64,000 bases of DNA. Source: Acidobacteriota bacterium. Its GTDB lineage: Bacteria; Acidobacteriota; Thermoanaerobaculia; Gp7-AA8. The notes beneath the pieces were generated by a model. That model was not told where the DNA came from and ran no database searches. It worked only from the letters and a program-made list of their open reading frames with translations. Every line of letters starts with the position of its first letter. The stretch's first letter is position 1. Where the stretch lies: NCBI GenBank assembly GCA_019244185.1, contig JAFATB010000011.1, forward strand, positions 64,504-128,503, written 5' to 3'. Of this stretch, positions 51,008 through 60,805 are shown one piece after another. Made by a program: the position numbers and the translations under genes.

Positions 51008-51222
51008 ATCCCGCCCGCAGCATCGCGCTGTTTCTCCTTCGCTTCTACAAGCGTTTCCTCTCGCCGCTGTTGCCGCCGATGTGCCGCTTCGAGCCGACGT
51101 GCTCCGTCTACACGATGCAGGCCGTCGAAAAATATGGCGTCGGCCGCGGCGTCTGGCTTGGTGCGCGGCGTCTCGCGCGCTGCCATCCGTTCAATCCTGG
51201 AGGTTGGGACCCGGTCCCCTGA
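51004..51222 (+). CDS. yidD: Membrane protein insertion efficiency factor
   Basis: [24 protein letters not shown]. Confidence 0.96.
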   Translation: MNPARSIALFLLRFYKRFLSPLLPPMCRFEPTCSVYTMQAVEKYGVGRGVWLGARRLARCHPFNPGGWDPVP

Positions 51223-51223
51223 C

Positions 51224-52888
51224 ATGGAAAAACGAATTTTCCTGGCCATTGGTATTTCGATCGCGCTGCTGTGGATCTGGGCGGCGCTCGCTCCGAAGCT
51301 GTTCCCGGAGCTCGCGAAGAAACCGCTGCCGCCGAAGCCCGCGGTGACGTCGACGACCGCATCGAGCACTACGTCGACGGCGCCTGCCACTTCGAGCAGC
51401 GCTCCCACGGCTGTCGCCACACCGACGATCGCGCCCGCTCCGGCGATGACGCAGGTCGTTTCCGCGACGCGCGTGCAGCCGTCGGTCTTTCGCAACGACG
51501 GCGAGTACGTGGCGACGTTCTCCAATCGCGGCGCGCAGCTCGTTTCATTCAAACTGCTCCGCTACAAGCAGAAGCACAGCCGCGATGTCGTCGAGCTGGT
51601 GAAGGCGCGCGCGGCGACGCGGACCGACTTTCCGTTCAGCATCGAGGCGCAGGACGCGGCATTCGCGCGGCGTGTGAACAGCGCGCTGTACGCGGTGAGC
51701 GAGCGCGAAGAGCGCGGCCGCCACGTCATCGAGTACCGCTATTCGGATGGCGCGGTGTCGGTGACGAAGACGTTCCGGCTCGACATGCTGCAGCCGTATC
51801 TCTTCGACTTCGCGATCAGCATCAATCCGCCGGTGCCGTATCGCGTCGTGATCGGTCCCGGCCTCCGCACGCTGAGCGCGGACGAACATGACAGCCGCGT
51901 GGTGATGACCGGCAACGGCGTCATCGAGCGCGAGTCGAAGTTCCGCGTGATCAATCGCGAGAAAGCGCCGCTGTTCCAGAGCTACGACGGACTGCAGTAC
52001 ATCGGCGTCGAGGACAACTATTTTCTCAGCGTGCTCCGCCCGACGCATGGCGGCGCCGGCGTGCTGCGCCGCATCGACATCTACAGCGGTCCGAAGGAAA
52101 AACGCGCGGAGCTCTACGCCGGCGTCAATGCATCGACCGACGGCGCGGTGGCGGGGCAGGCGTTCTTCGGTCCGAAGGAAACGCAGCTCCTCGACCGCTA
52201 CGATCTCGCCGGCGCATTGCAGTTCGGCTTCTTCGGCGCAATCGGCCGCTTCTTCCTCCGCGCGCTCGTCTGGATCAATACGGCGACGAAGAACTACGGC
52301 TTCGCCATCATCGTGCTGACGATTCTCATCAAGATCGTGCTCTACCCGCTGCAGCACAAGAGCATCCTTTCGATGAAGAAGATGCAGCGCGTGAATCCGA
52401 AGGTCGAGGCGATCAAGGCGCGTTACAAGAAGGCGAAGAGCGACGCCGAGCAGCGCCAGAAGATGAACATGGAAGTGATGGCGCTCTATCAGAAGGAAGG
52501 CATCAACCCGATGGCGGGCTGCCTTCCGCTGGTGTTGCAGCTCCCGATTCTGTGGGGCTTCTACGGTCTGCTCTCGCGCGCGATCGAGCTGCGCGGCGCG
52601 CCGTTCATCCTCTGGATTCACGACCTCTCGGACAAGGATCCGACCTTCGTGCTGCCGATCCTGATGACCGCAACGATGTTCATCCAGACGTACATCACTC
52701 CGTCCACGGGCGATCCGTCGCAGCGGAGAATGTTCCTGGTGATGCCGCTCTTCTTCGGATTCCTCTTCAAGGACTTCCCGAGCGGCCTCGTGCTGTACTG
52801 GCTCGTGCAGAACATCTTGACGATCGTGCAGCAGTCGATCATGAATAAATGGTGGAAAGAGCATCCTGCGGAATTGCAGAATGCATAG
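51224..52888 (+). CDS. yidC: Membrane protein insertase YidC
   Basis: N-terminal TM, periplasmic domain, NYGFAIIVLT, NPMAGCLP, WIHDLS, FPSGLVLYW. Confidence 0.97.
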   Translation: MEKRIFLAIGISIALLWIWAALAPKLFPELAKKPLPPKPAVTSTTASSTTSTAPATSSSAPTAVATPTIAPAPAMTQVVSATRVQPSVFRNDGEYVATFSNRGAQLVSFKLLRYKQKHSRDVVELVKARAATRTDFPFSIEAQDAAFARRVNSALYAVSEREERGRHVIEYRYSDGAVSVTKTFRLDMLQPYLFDFAISINPPVPYRVVIGPGLRTLSADEHDSRVVMTGNGVIERESKFRVINREKAPLFQSYDGLQYIGVEDNYFLSVLRPTHGGAGVLRRIDIYSGPKEKRAELYAGVNASTDGAVAGQAFFGPKETQLLDRYDLAGALQFGFFGAIGRFFLRALVWINTATKNYGFAIIVLTILIKIVLYPLQHKSILSMKKMQRVNPKVEAIKARYKKAKSDAEQRQKMNMEVMALYQKEGINPMAGCLPLVLQLPILWGFYGLLSRAIELRGAPFILWIHDLSDKDPTFVLPILMTATMFIQTYITPSTGDPSQRRMFLVMPLFFGFLFKDFPSGLVLYWLVQNILTIVQQSIMNKWWKEHPAELQNA

Positions 52889-52897
52889 CCGAAAACC

Positions 52898-53839
52898 ATG
52901 AGCCAGCGTTTCGAAGGCCACAATCTCGAGGAAGCGCTCACGCACGCGTCGCAGACGCTCGGAGTCGAGCGCTGGCAGTTGACCTACCACGTTCTTCTCG
53001 AAAAGCGCGGATTTCTGGGTGGCGTGAAGCGCGTGGTCATCGAAGCGGAGATCAACCGCGAGGCGGCGGCGCCCGCGACACCGCAGCCGGCACCGCCGGC
53101 GGAGGTCGCGCCGCATCGCGCGCCCGCGGAATCGCGGAGTGGTCGCGCCGACGGTGGCGGCGGTGGTCGCAGTCGTGGAGGACGCAGCGGTCGCGATCGC
53201 GGACCGCGCTCCGACGATCGCGGCGGTGAACGGCGTGGTGGACGTGGACGTCGCGGCGGCGGCGGTGGTGGCAATCGCGATGAGCTCCGCACGGGCGACT
53301 TCGAGCAGTTCTTCGCCGAGGTGCCGGAGCAGGGGCCGGAGTCCGACGCGGCGCGCGTCGTACGCGAATGGTGCGAGAGCGTGATCTTTCTCGCGCGACT
53401 CGATCTCGTCGTGCGCACCGAAGAGAAGGACGAGCAGATCATTCTGCGGCTGTTCGGCGCGGACGCGCGACGGCTCACGGAGCAACACGGCGAGCTGCTC
53501 GACGCGATTCAGGTGCTCGCGAACAAAGCGCTCACCGGACGCAAGGTCGAGAAAGAGATCGAGTTCGATTGCGAGGCGTTCAAGGACAAGCGCGTCGAGG
53601 AGCTCGGCGCGCGTGCGCGTGAAGTCGCGGACCGCGTGCGCCGCGGCGGACGCGAGGAGCTGCTGCCGGCGATGACGCCGATCGAGCGGCGCATCGTGCA
53701 TCTCGCGCTGCAGGACGACCAGGACGTGACGACCGAGTCGCGCGGCGACGGCTTCTACAAGCGCGTGGCGATCGTCATGCGTCCCGCGGGCGAACCGCGC
53801 GCGAACGACGCGGACGCCCAGCCGGCGCCGGAAGCGTGA
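52898..53839 (+). CDS. jag: Jag/EloR/KhpB RNA-binding protein (Jag_N, RGG-rich linker, KH, R3H)
   Basis: FEGHNLEEA, GFLG, GELLDAIQ, ERRIVH...TES.GDG. Confidence 0.92.
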   Translation: MSQRFEGHNLEEALTHASQTLGVERWQLTYHVLLEKRGFLGGVKRVVIEAEINREAAAPATPQPAPPAEVAPHRAPAESRSGRADGGGGGRSRGGRSGRDRGPRSDDRGGERRGGRGRRGGGGGGNRDELRTGDFEQFFAEVPEQGPESDAARVVREWCESVIFLARLDLVVRTEEKDEQIILRLFGADARRLTEQHGELLDAIQVLANKALTGRKVEKEIEFDCEAFKDKRVEELGARAREVADRVRRGGREELLPAMTPIERRIVHLALQDDQDVTTESRGDGFYKRVAIVMRPAGEPRANDADAQPAPEA

Positions 53840-55146
53840 GCGAGCCGGCGTTCGACACGATCGTCGCTCCGGCGACGCCGGTCGGACTCAGCGCGCTCGC
53901 GATGGTGCGCATCGACGGTCCCGGCAGCACCTCCATCCTGACGGAGTTAACACGGTCGGGATTGCCGGCTGTCCGTAACGCCACCCTGGTGGAGTTGCCG
54001 GAGATCGACCAATGCGTCGTGGTGCGCTACGCGGCGCCCCACTCGTTCACCGGCAACGATCTCGTCGAGCTCACGCTGCACGGCAATCCGGTGCTGGTCG
54101 AGCAGGTGATCGCCGCGTGCGTCGCGCACGGCGCGCGCATCGCGGAGCCGGGGGAGTTCACCGAGCGCGCGGTGCTGAACGGCAAGCTCGATCTCGTGCA
54201 GGCGGAGTCGATCGCGGACCTCATCAACGCGCGGACGGCATTGCAGGCGAAGCTGTCGCTGTCGAACCTCGAAGGGGTGCTGAGCCGGAAGGCGACGGCG
54301 GTGCGGCAGACGCTACTCGAGGTGATCGCGCGGCTCGAGGCGGCGCTCGACTTTTCGGAAGAAGGGTACGAGTTCATCGCGCGCGACGAGGTGCGCGAGC
54401 GGCTGAACGAGGCGCAGCGGGAGATCGCCGCGATGGCGGAGACATACCGCCGCGGCCACGCCACCGCAACCGGCCTGAACGCGGTGATTCTCGGCCGGCC
54501 GAACGCGGGCAAGTCGACGCTGCTCAACCGGCTGGTCGGGACCGACCGGGCGATCGTGACGCCGATCCCGGGGACGACGCGCGACATCGTGCGCGAGACG
54601 ATCGAGATCGGCGGACTGCCGGTGACGCTGGCGGACACGGCGGGGTTGCGAGCGACGGCTAACGTGGTGGAAGGCATCGGCGTCGAGCGAGCCCGGGCGG
54701 CGGCGCGGTCCGCCGATCTAATTATTTATTTGGTAGATGCAACGGTCGGTTTGACGGCCGCCGATCAGGCTGAACTGGACAGCTTGGACGGCGACGTCCT
54801 ACTGGTGTTTACCAAAGCCGACTTGACGCACGTCAACGCTGAGCTTTCCATAAGTGCCGTAATTGATCACGGAATCGATGAGTTGCTGCGCGTGCTCGAC
54901 CATCGCGTCCGCAAGCAGTTCGTCGCGTCCGAAGGCGCGCTAGTCAACGAGCGACAGCACGCGGCGGTGCTCGAATGCTGGGGGGCGCTCGCCGCAGCGC
55001 AGCAGGCGCTCGCTACCGCGCTCGACGAGCAGATGGTTCTCGTCGACCTCTACCGTGCTGCGAATTCGCTTGGGCTCCTCGTCGGCGCGATCACTCGCGA
55101 CGACATCCTCTCCGAGATCTTCGGAAAGTTTTGTATCGGAAAGTGA
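53836..55146 (+). CDS. mnmE: tRNA modification GTPase MnmE
   Basis: DTIVAPAT, PGEFTERA..NGKLDL, GRPNAGKS, GTTRD, DTAG, FCIGK. Confidence 0.97.
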   Translation: MSEPAFDTIVAPATPVGLSALAMVRIDGPGSTSILTELTRSGLPAVRNATLVELPEIDQCVVVRYAAPHSFTGNDLVELTLHGNPVLVEQVIAACVAHGARIAEPGEFTERAVLNGKLDLVQAESIADLINARTALQAKLSLSNLEGVLSRKATAVRQTLLEVIARLEAALDFSEEGYEFIARDEVRERLNEAQREIAAMAETYRRGHATATGLNAVILGRPNAGKSTLLNRLVGTDRAIVTPIPGTTRDIVRETIEIGGLPVTLADTAGLRATANVVEGIGVERARAAARSADLIIYLVDATVGLTAADQAELDSLDGDVLLVFTKADLTHVNAELSISAVIDHGIDELLRVLDHRVRKQFVASEGALVNERQHAAVLECWGALAAAQQALATALDEQMVLVDLYRAANSLGLLVGAITRDDILSEIFGKFCIGK

Positions 55147-55162
55147 TGTTCCACGTGGAACG
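55147..55162. promoter_or_regulatory. parS: parS centromere site 1
   Basis: TGTTCCACGTGGAACG palindrome filling the mnmE-mnmG gap. Confidence 0.9.
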
Positions 55163-55165
55163 TCG

Positions 55166-57049
55166 ATGAACCCGCAGTACGACCTGATTGTGATTGGCGG
55201 TGGCCACGCCGGCGCCGAAGCTGCTCGCGTGGCCGCGCGAGGCGGCATTCGCGTGGCGATGGTGACCATGCTGCGCGAAGCGATCGGTCGCATGTCCTGC
55301 AACCCCGCCATCGGAGGTCTCGCCAAGGGGAACCTGGTCAAGGAGATCGACGCCCTCGGCGGGTTGATGGGCGAGGCGACCGACCGCGCCGGGATCCAGT
55401 TCAAGGTGCTGAATCGCTCGAAGGGTCCTGCGGTGCAGGGGCCGCGCGCGCAGTGCGATCGCGATCTCTACGCTACGGCTGTCCAGGAGTTGCTGACTGC
55501 GGAGCCGAATCTGACCATCGTCGAGAGCTCCGTCTCGTCGCTGATCATCGACGGCTCCGCCGTTCGCGGTGTGGTTCTCGGCGACGGCGCCCGCCTCTCC
55601 GCCCGCGCCGTCATCGTCACTACCGGCACGTTCCTCCGCGCGCTCATGCATTCGGGTGAGGTGAAGCGCGTCGGCGGACGCTTCGGCGAACCGTCCGCGG
55701 AGACGCTCTCGGATTCCCTTCGCGCGCTGGGCCTCGAGCTCGGCCGCCTCAAGACCGGCACCCCGCCACGCGTCGATCACAATACGGTTGACTTCGCGGC
55801 GCTCGAGGAAGCGCCAGGCGACAAGCACCCGCGGCCGTTTTCGATCCTCACCGACGCGCTTCCGCAACCGCAGATCCTCTGCTGGCTGACCTACACCAGC
55901 GCTTTCGCGCACGAGCTGATCCGCGCGAACCTCCACCGCGCACCGATGTACTCGGGCCAGATTCAGGCGATCGGGCCGCGCTACTGCCCCTCGATCGAGG
56001 ACAAGGTGGTGCGGTTCGCGGAGAAGGAGCGCCATCAGGTCTTTGTCGAGCCCGAGGGCCTGCAGCACCCGTGGCTGTACCTCAACGGGATCTCGACGTC
56101 GCTCCCGCCGGACGTTCAGGACGCGGTGGTGCGCTCGCTGCCCGGGTTTGCGAACGCGCAGATCGCCCGCTACGGCTACGCGGTCGAGTACGACTTCGTG
56201 AATCCCGAGCAGCTCGACGCGACGCTGCAGGTTCGCGGCGTCGACGGTCTCTGGCTGGCCGGCCAGATCAACGGCACCTCCGGCTACGAAGAGGCGGCCG
56301 CGCAGGGGCTCCTCGCTGGGATCAACGCGCTGCAGGCGATTCGCGGCGGCGAGCCCGTCATCCTCCGCCGCGATCAGGCCTACGCGGCCGTCATGATCGA
56401 CGACCTCGTCACGCACGGCACGACGGAGCCGTACCGGATGTTCACCTCCCGCGCGGAGCATCGCCTGCTCCTCGGCTGCGACTCGGTCTACGAGCGGCTC
56501 TCACCCGTCGCGTCGCAACTCGGCCTCCTGGATGCCGAGCGGCAGCGACGCGTCGAGCAGCGCATCGCGCGCATGTCGCGTGCCGTTGCTACCGGAACGA
56601 TCGAGCTTCGGCCCGACCGCGAGACCATCGCCTGGCTCGCCGGCGCGGGGCTCGAGCTCAGTGCGCAAACCACCGTGGAAAAGCTGCTCCAGCGTCCGAA
56701 TGTCGATATCGATCGCCTCGTCGCCGCCGCAGAAAACGCGCAGCCAGAGTTCGCGGCCGCGTTCCGGGCGCTGAGCGAGGACGAGCGGGAAGGCGTTGTC
56801 AGCCGCCTTCGCTACGCCGGCTACATCGAACGGCAGCAGCGGGAAGCGGAACGTCTCCGCGCCGACGAAGCCCTGCGAATCCCGCAGACGATGACCTACG
56901 CGCTTCCGGGGCTCTCGCGCGAAATGACGGAGAAGTTGACGCATGTGCGGCCGGCGTCGCTGGGGCAGGCGAGCCGGATTCCGGGCGTCACGCCGGCGGC
57001 GATTGCCATTCTGCGCATGCACCTCCGTCGGGGCGAGCGGGTGGCGTAA
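55166..57049 (+). CDS. mnmG: tRNA uridine 5-carboxymethylaminomethyl modification enzyme MnmG/GidA
   Basis: GGGHAG, MSCNPAIGG, RLKTGTPPR, GPRYCPSIEDK, AGQINGTSGYEEAAAQG. Confidence 0.98.
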   Translation: MNPQYDLIVIGGGHAGAEAARVAARGGIRVAMVTMLREAIGRMSCNPAIGGLAKGNLVKEIDALGGLMGEATDRAGIQFKVLNRSKGPAVQGPRAQCDRDLYATAVQELLTAEPNLTIVESSVSSLIIDGSAVRGVVLGDGARLSARAVIVTTGTFLRALMHSGEVKRVGGRFGEPSAETLSDSLRALGLELGRLKTGTPPRVDHNTVDFAALEEAPGDKHPRPFSILTDALPQPQILCWLTYTSAFAHELIRANLHRAPMYSGQIQAIGPRYCPSIEDKVVRFAEKERHQVFVEPEGLQHPWLYLNGISTSLPPDVQDAVVRSLPGFANAQIARYGYAVEYDFVNPEQLDATLQVRGVDGLWLAGQINGTSGYEEAAAQGLLAGINALQAIRGGEPVILRRDQAYAAVMIDDLVTHGTTEPYRMFTSRAEHRLLLGCDSVYERLSPVASQLGLLDAERQRRVEQRIARMSRAVATGTIELRPDRETIAWLAGAGLELSAQTTVEKLLQRPNVDIDRLVAAAENAQPEFAAAFRALSEDEREGVVSRLRYAGYIERQQREAERLRADEALRIPQTMTYALPGLSREMTEKLTHVRPASLGQASRIPGVTPAAIAILRMHLRRGERVA

Positions 57050-57050
57050 G

Positions 57051-57620
57051 GTGCAGGGCGCGCTCGATACGTACCGTTCCGAGCTCCTGCGCTGGAACGC
57101 GAAGATCAATCTGATCGGTCCGGAGGCGCGGGAGCATCTCGACGAGCACATAGCCGAGGCGGTATCTGCGGCGGAGATCCTTCAGCCGCGGGGGAACGTG
57201 CTCGATTTCGGCTCCGGCGGCGGCTTGCCCGCGATCCCGATGGCCATCGTTTCGCCGGACGCGCGCTTTCATCTGGTGGAGGCAGACCAGAAAAAGTGGG
57301 CATTTCTCAAGCACGTGGTGCGGGAGTGCGGATTGAACTCGGTGGTTTACGGTGATAGATTGGCGCGCCTTCTGCCGCGGCTCCCACCCGAACTCCGGTT
57401 TTCGCTCGTCGTCTCGCGCGCGGTCGGAAACCCCGAGGAGTGGGTTCCGTCGCTGAAGGAGCATCTGGAACCGGGCGCGCGGGTCGCGCTCTTTCAGGGC
57501 ACGCCGGACGCACCGGCACTGGAAGGATTCACCGCCGGCGAAACCGTTCCGCTGCCGCGCGGCACATCCAACTATCTCGTCGTGCTGACGTTCCGTTCCA
57601 CGTGGAACATTGAACAATGA
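57051..57620 (+). CDS. rsmG: 16S rRNA m7G527 methyltransferase RsmG/GidB
   Basis: WNAKINL, LDFGSGGGLPAIP, LVEA..KK..FL, VVSRAV. Confidence 0.93.
   Translation: MQGALDTYRSELLRWNAKINLIGPEAREHLDEHIAEAVSAAEILQPRGNVLDFGSGGGLPAIPMAIVSPDARFHLVEADQKKWAFLKHVVRECGLNSVVYGDRLARLLPRLPPELRFSLVVSRAVGNPEEWVPSLKEHLEPGARVALFQGTPDAPALEGFTAGETVPLPRGTSNYLVVLTFRSTWNIEQ
57594..57609. promoter_or_regulatory. parS: parS centromere site 2 (in the rsmG 3' end, just upstream of parA)
   Basis: CGTTCCACGTGGAACA. Confidence 0.9.
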
Positions 57621-58390
57621 GCAAGATCGTCACGCTCGTGAATCAGAAGGGCGGGGTCGGAAAGACGACCACCGCCATCAACCTCGGCGCCTCACTGGCC
57701 GCCTGCGAGCGCAGCGTTCTTCTCGTCGATCTCGACCCGCAGGCCAACGCCACCTCCGGCGTCGGGATCCCCAAAAATCAGGACAAGTCGATCTATCCCG
57801 TTCTCACCGACGGGATGAACATCCGCGAGGTCATCCAGCAGACCGAGCTGCCGAACTTCCACGTCGCGCCGTCGTCGGTCGACCTCGTCGCGGCCGAGCT
57901 CGAGCTCTCCGACGCCATCGGACGCGAGTTCTACCTCCGCCGCGCCCTGCAGGAAGTTGCCAAAGACTACGACTACATCCTCATCGACTCACCGCCATCC
58001 CTCGGCCTCCTCACCGTCAACGGCCTCACCGCCGCCGCGTCGGTGCTCGTGCCGATGCAGTGCGAGTACTTTGCGATCGAAGGCGTCGCCCAGCTCCTCA
58101 ACACCGTCGAGCGCGTCCGCGACATGCTCAACCCCGGGCTCGAGATCGAAGGCATCGCTCTCACGATGTTCGACGAGCGGATGAACCTGGCGCGCCAGGT
58201 CGCCGAGGAGGTGCGGTCGCATTTCGCGGAAAAGGTCTACAAGACGGTGGTGCCGCGGAACGTGCGCCTCGGCGAGGCGCCGTCGTTCGGCAAGCCGATC
58301 ATCCTCTACGACATCCGCAGCCGCGGCAGCGAGGCGTACATCAATCTCGCCAAAGAGTTCATCCAGCGGGCGGAGACCGTTCTACCGTGA
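57617..58390 (+). CDS. parA: Chromosome partitioning ATPase ParA/Soj
   Basis: NQKGGVGKTTT, DLDPQANAT, IDSPPSLG, PRNVRLGEAPSFG. Confidence 0.97.
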   Translation: MSKIVTLVNQKGGVGKTTTAINLGASLAACERSVLLVDLDPQANATSGVGIPKNQDKSIYPVLTDGMNIREVIQQTELPNFHVAPSSVDLVAAELELSDAIGREFYLRRALQEVAKDYDYILIDSPPSLGLLTVNGLTAAASVLVPMQCEYFAIEGVAQLLNTVERVRDMLNPGLEIEGIALTMFDERMNLARQVAEEVRSHFAEKVYKTVVPRNVRLGEAPSFGKPIILYDIRSRGSEAYINLAKEFIQRAETVLP

Positions 58391-58403
58391 GGTCGCAACA
58401 CTG

Positions 58404-59288
58404 ATGAGCACGCAGAAGAAAGCGCTCGGCAGGGGACTGGGCGCCCTCATTCCGACGAAACCGGTCGAAGCGGCGCCCGCCGCGCCGCCGCCCGTTCCGG
58501 GTGCCGGACTCGCGCAGGTGCCGATCGAGCAGATCTCGCCGAACCCGTATCAGCCGCGCCGGACCTTCAACGATGCGTCGATTGAGGACCTCGCGCGCAG
58601 CGTCCGCGAGCACGGCATCATCCAGCCGCTCGTCGTCACGCGCATTTCTGACAATAAGTATCGGCTGGTCGCGGGCGAGCGCCGCTTCCGCGCCGCGCAG
58701 AAAGCGGGTCTCGCCTCCGTCCCCGTCGTCATCAAAGAGACGATGACGGACAGCGACACGCTGCAGGTCGCGCTCATCGAGAACATCCAGCGCGAAGACC
58801 TCAATCCGATCGAAGAAGCGTACGCCTATCATCAGCTGCATGAAGAGTTTGGCCTCACGCAGGAGGAGATCTCGAAGCGCGTCGGCAAGGAGCGCTCGAC
58901 CGTCGCGAACTTCCTGCGGTTGCTGCGGCTGCCGGATGGCGTCAAGAAGTTATTAGCCGCGGGCCAGCTGAGCATGGGCCACGCGCGGGCGATCCTCGCG
59001 GTGGAGTCGTCGAAGAAACAGGAGCAGCTCGCCGACCGCGTCGTCAAGCGCAACCTCAACGTGCGCCAGACGGAAATGCTCGCGGCGGAAAGCTCGCCGA
59101 AAGCGGCGGCGGAGCCGGAGAAAGAGAAGGATATCTTCACGCGCGACGCCGAAGAGAAGCTGGCGCGGACGCTGCGGAGCAAGGTCGAGATCGACCGCAA
59201 GCGCCGCGGCGGCGTCATTCACATCCGCTTCGGCAGCGAAGATGAATTGATCCGGCTCGTGGAAGAGTTGATGGGAAGACGGAGATGA
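58404..59288 (+). CDS. parB: Chromosome partitioning protein ParB/Spo0J
   Basis: ALGRGLGAL, PNPYQPR, AGERRFRAA, ENIQREDLNPIEEA, RSTVANFLRLL. Confidence 0.98.
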   Translation: MSTQKKALGRGLGALIPTKPVEAAPAAPPPVPGAGLAQVPIEQISPNPYQPRRTFNDASIEDLARSVREHGIIQPLVVTRISDNKYRLVAGERRFRAAQKAGLASVPVVIKETMTDSDTLQVALIENIQREDLNPIEEAYAYHQLHEEFGLTQEEISKRVGKERSTVANFLRLLRLPDGVKKLLAAGQLSMGHARAILAVESSKKQEQLADRVVKRNLNVRQTEMLAAESSPKAAAEPEKEKDIFTRDAEEKLARTLRSKVEIDRKRRGGVIHIRFGSEDELIRLVEELMGRRR

Positions 59289-59662
59289 CCATGAAGGGCA
59301 AGAGCGGAGATCTGAATGGCTTCCTCGACCGCGGCTCGTCGTTCAAAGGCGAGCTCGAGTTCGAAGACACGATGCGCATCGACGGCAAGTTCAACGGGCG
59401 TATTTACTCGAAGAACGAGCTGATCGTCGGCGAGAGCGCGCACATCGAAGGCGACGTCCACGTCGGCCGCATCGCCATCAGCGGCACCGTCGTCGGAAAG
59501 ATCGTGGCCGAGCAGCGCGTGGAGATCCATCGCAACGGCAAGGTGTTCAGCGACATCGACACGCCGGCGCTGGTCATCGAAGAGGGCGCGATCTTCCAGG
59601 GCAACTGCGTCATGGGCGACCGCAAAGGCGCGACGGTGGCGAACATCGCCGCGAAGGCGTAG
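59285..59662 (+). CDS. Bactofilin (polymer-forming cytoskeletal protein)
   Basis: Beta-helix repeats FKGEL..RIDG..G.I..L.VG..A.IEG..I.G...G.I...LVIEEGA.F.G.C.M. Confidence 0.93.
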   Translation: MTMKGKSGDLNGFLDRGSSFKGELEFEDTMRIDGKFNGRIYSKNELIVGESAHIEGDVHVGRIAISGTVVGKIVAEQRVEIHRNGKVFSDIDTPALVIEEGAIFQGNCVMGDRKGATVANIAAKA

Positions 59663-59708
59663 CTACAACCAGCCGCGCATCCGCGCTATAGCCAGCCGCG
59701 CATCCGCG
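59663..59708. repeat. 23-bp tandem duplication of the 3' end of the YkgJ-like gene
   Basis: CTACAACCAGCCGCGCATCCGCG followed by CTATAGCCAGCCGCGCATCCGCG. Confidence 0.9.
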
Positions 59709-60243
59709 CGACCATGACGATCGCCTCGGGGATCGTGAACTCGTCTTCCGGCCCGAGGACGTCCTCCCACCGCAGGTCCCAGGCGGCATTCCGTCGTTCC
59801 TGCGAGGTGGAATTCGTGAAATTCAGCTCGCAGACGTCGCCGAGATACTTGCGTCCCTCGCGCAGCGGCAGACCGAACGTGCGGCAGACGAGGGGACGAT
59901 GCTCGTACATCATGCACAGTCCGGCGTCGTCGAGATTCGGACACGGCGTCGACTGCGTGCGATCGAAGAACGCTTCCTTCTCTTCCGGCGAGCACTCGCG
60001 CAGATTCGGATGCTCGCTCGAGTCGACGATCGCTTTCGCCCGCGCCACGATCTTCTTCCGCCGCGCCGGATGCAACTGCTGCAAACCCTCGGCGATCACC
60101 GGCACGTCACCCGAGCCGATCTCGAAGAGACCGTAGCAGCAGAGCGAGCATCCCGCGCCGCATTGCAGGTTCTGCGGCTGCGCGCGCATGACGGCCGAAA
60201 AGTGCTCGTCGGCGCGCTCGAGGATCTTGCGATAATCGTCCAT
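59686..60243 (-). CDS. YkgJ-family cysteine-cluster (CxxGCxxCC) protein
   Basis: CGAGCSLCC, CPNL...CMMYEHRPLVCRTFG, CELNF. Confidence 0.88.
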   Translation of the reverse strand: MDDYRKILERADEHFSAVMRAQPQNLQCGAGCSLCCYGLFEIGSGDVPVIAEGLQQLHPARRKKIVARAKAIVDSSEHPNLRECSPEEKEAFFDRTQSTPCPNLDDAGLCMMYEHRPLVCRTFGLPLREGRKYLGDVCELNFTNSTSQERRNAAWDLRWEDVLGPEDEFTIPEAIVMVARMRGWL

Positions 60244-60370
60244 TCGCACGGGTAACACCCGCGCGTGACAACGTTCTTTCCGATGTGGTATACAGCGGCG
60301 GCTTTGGGGTGTGGTGCGCTCTTCGAGCCCTCCTCGCCGCGCCCGAAAGCATCGGATTTCCCGAACAACT

Positions 60371-60805
60371 ATGCAGATCAATCTAACGCCCGATCTCTCT
60401 CTGCTCGCGATCATGGTGATCTTCCTGATCAACTACCTGATCGTGCGCAAGTTTTTTCTCGAGCCGGTGAACGCGGTGCTCGAGGCGCGCGAGACCGAGA
60501 CGAAGACGGCCGAGTCGCTGTACGAGGACGCGCTGGCGCGCTACAACGAGGCCACCTCGCGGATGGAGACGCAGCTCCACGCCGCGCGCCGCGATGCGTC
60601 CGACGTGCGCGACCGCTTCCGTCGCGAGGCGTCGGCGTTCCGGCAACAGACCGTCGAGCGCACGAACGGCCAGGCGAAAGAGATCATCACCGCGGCCGAG
60701 GCGAAACTCTCGGGTGACGTGGCAGCGGCGCGCGAGCAGATCGTGCGCGAGTCGGAATCGCTCGCGCGGTTGACCGCTGAGCGCATTCTCGGGAGGGCGG
60801 TCTGA
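60371..60805 (+). CDS. ATP synthase F0 subunit b'
   Basis: Single N-terminal TM, FLEPVNAVLEARE, long coiled coil, RILGR end. Confidence 0.9.
   Translation: MQINLTPDLSLLAIMVIFLINYLIVRKFFLEPVNAVLEARETETKTAESLYEDALARYNEATSRMETQLHAARRDASDVRDRFRREASAFRQQTVERTNGQAKEIITAAEAKLSGDVAAAREQIVRESESLARLTAERILGRAV

Noticed and set aside
53130-53275. GGC/GGT-rich repeats in jag
   Set aside because: They encode an ordinary RGG-rich disordered linker of an RNA-binding protein.
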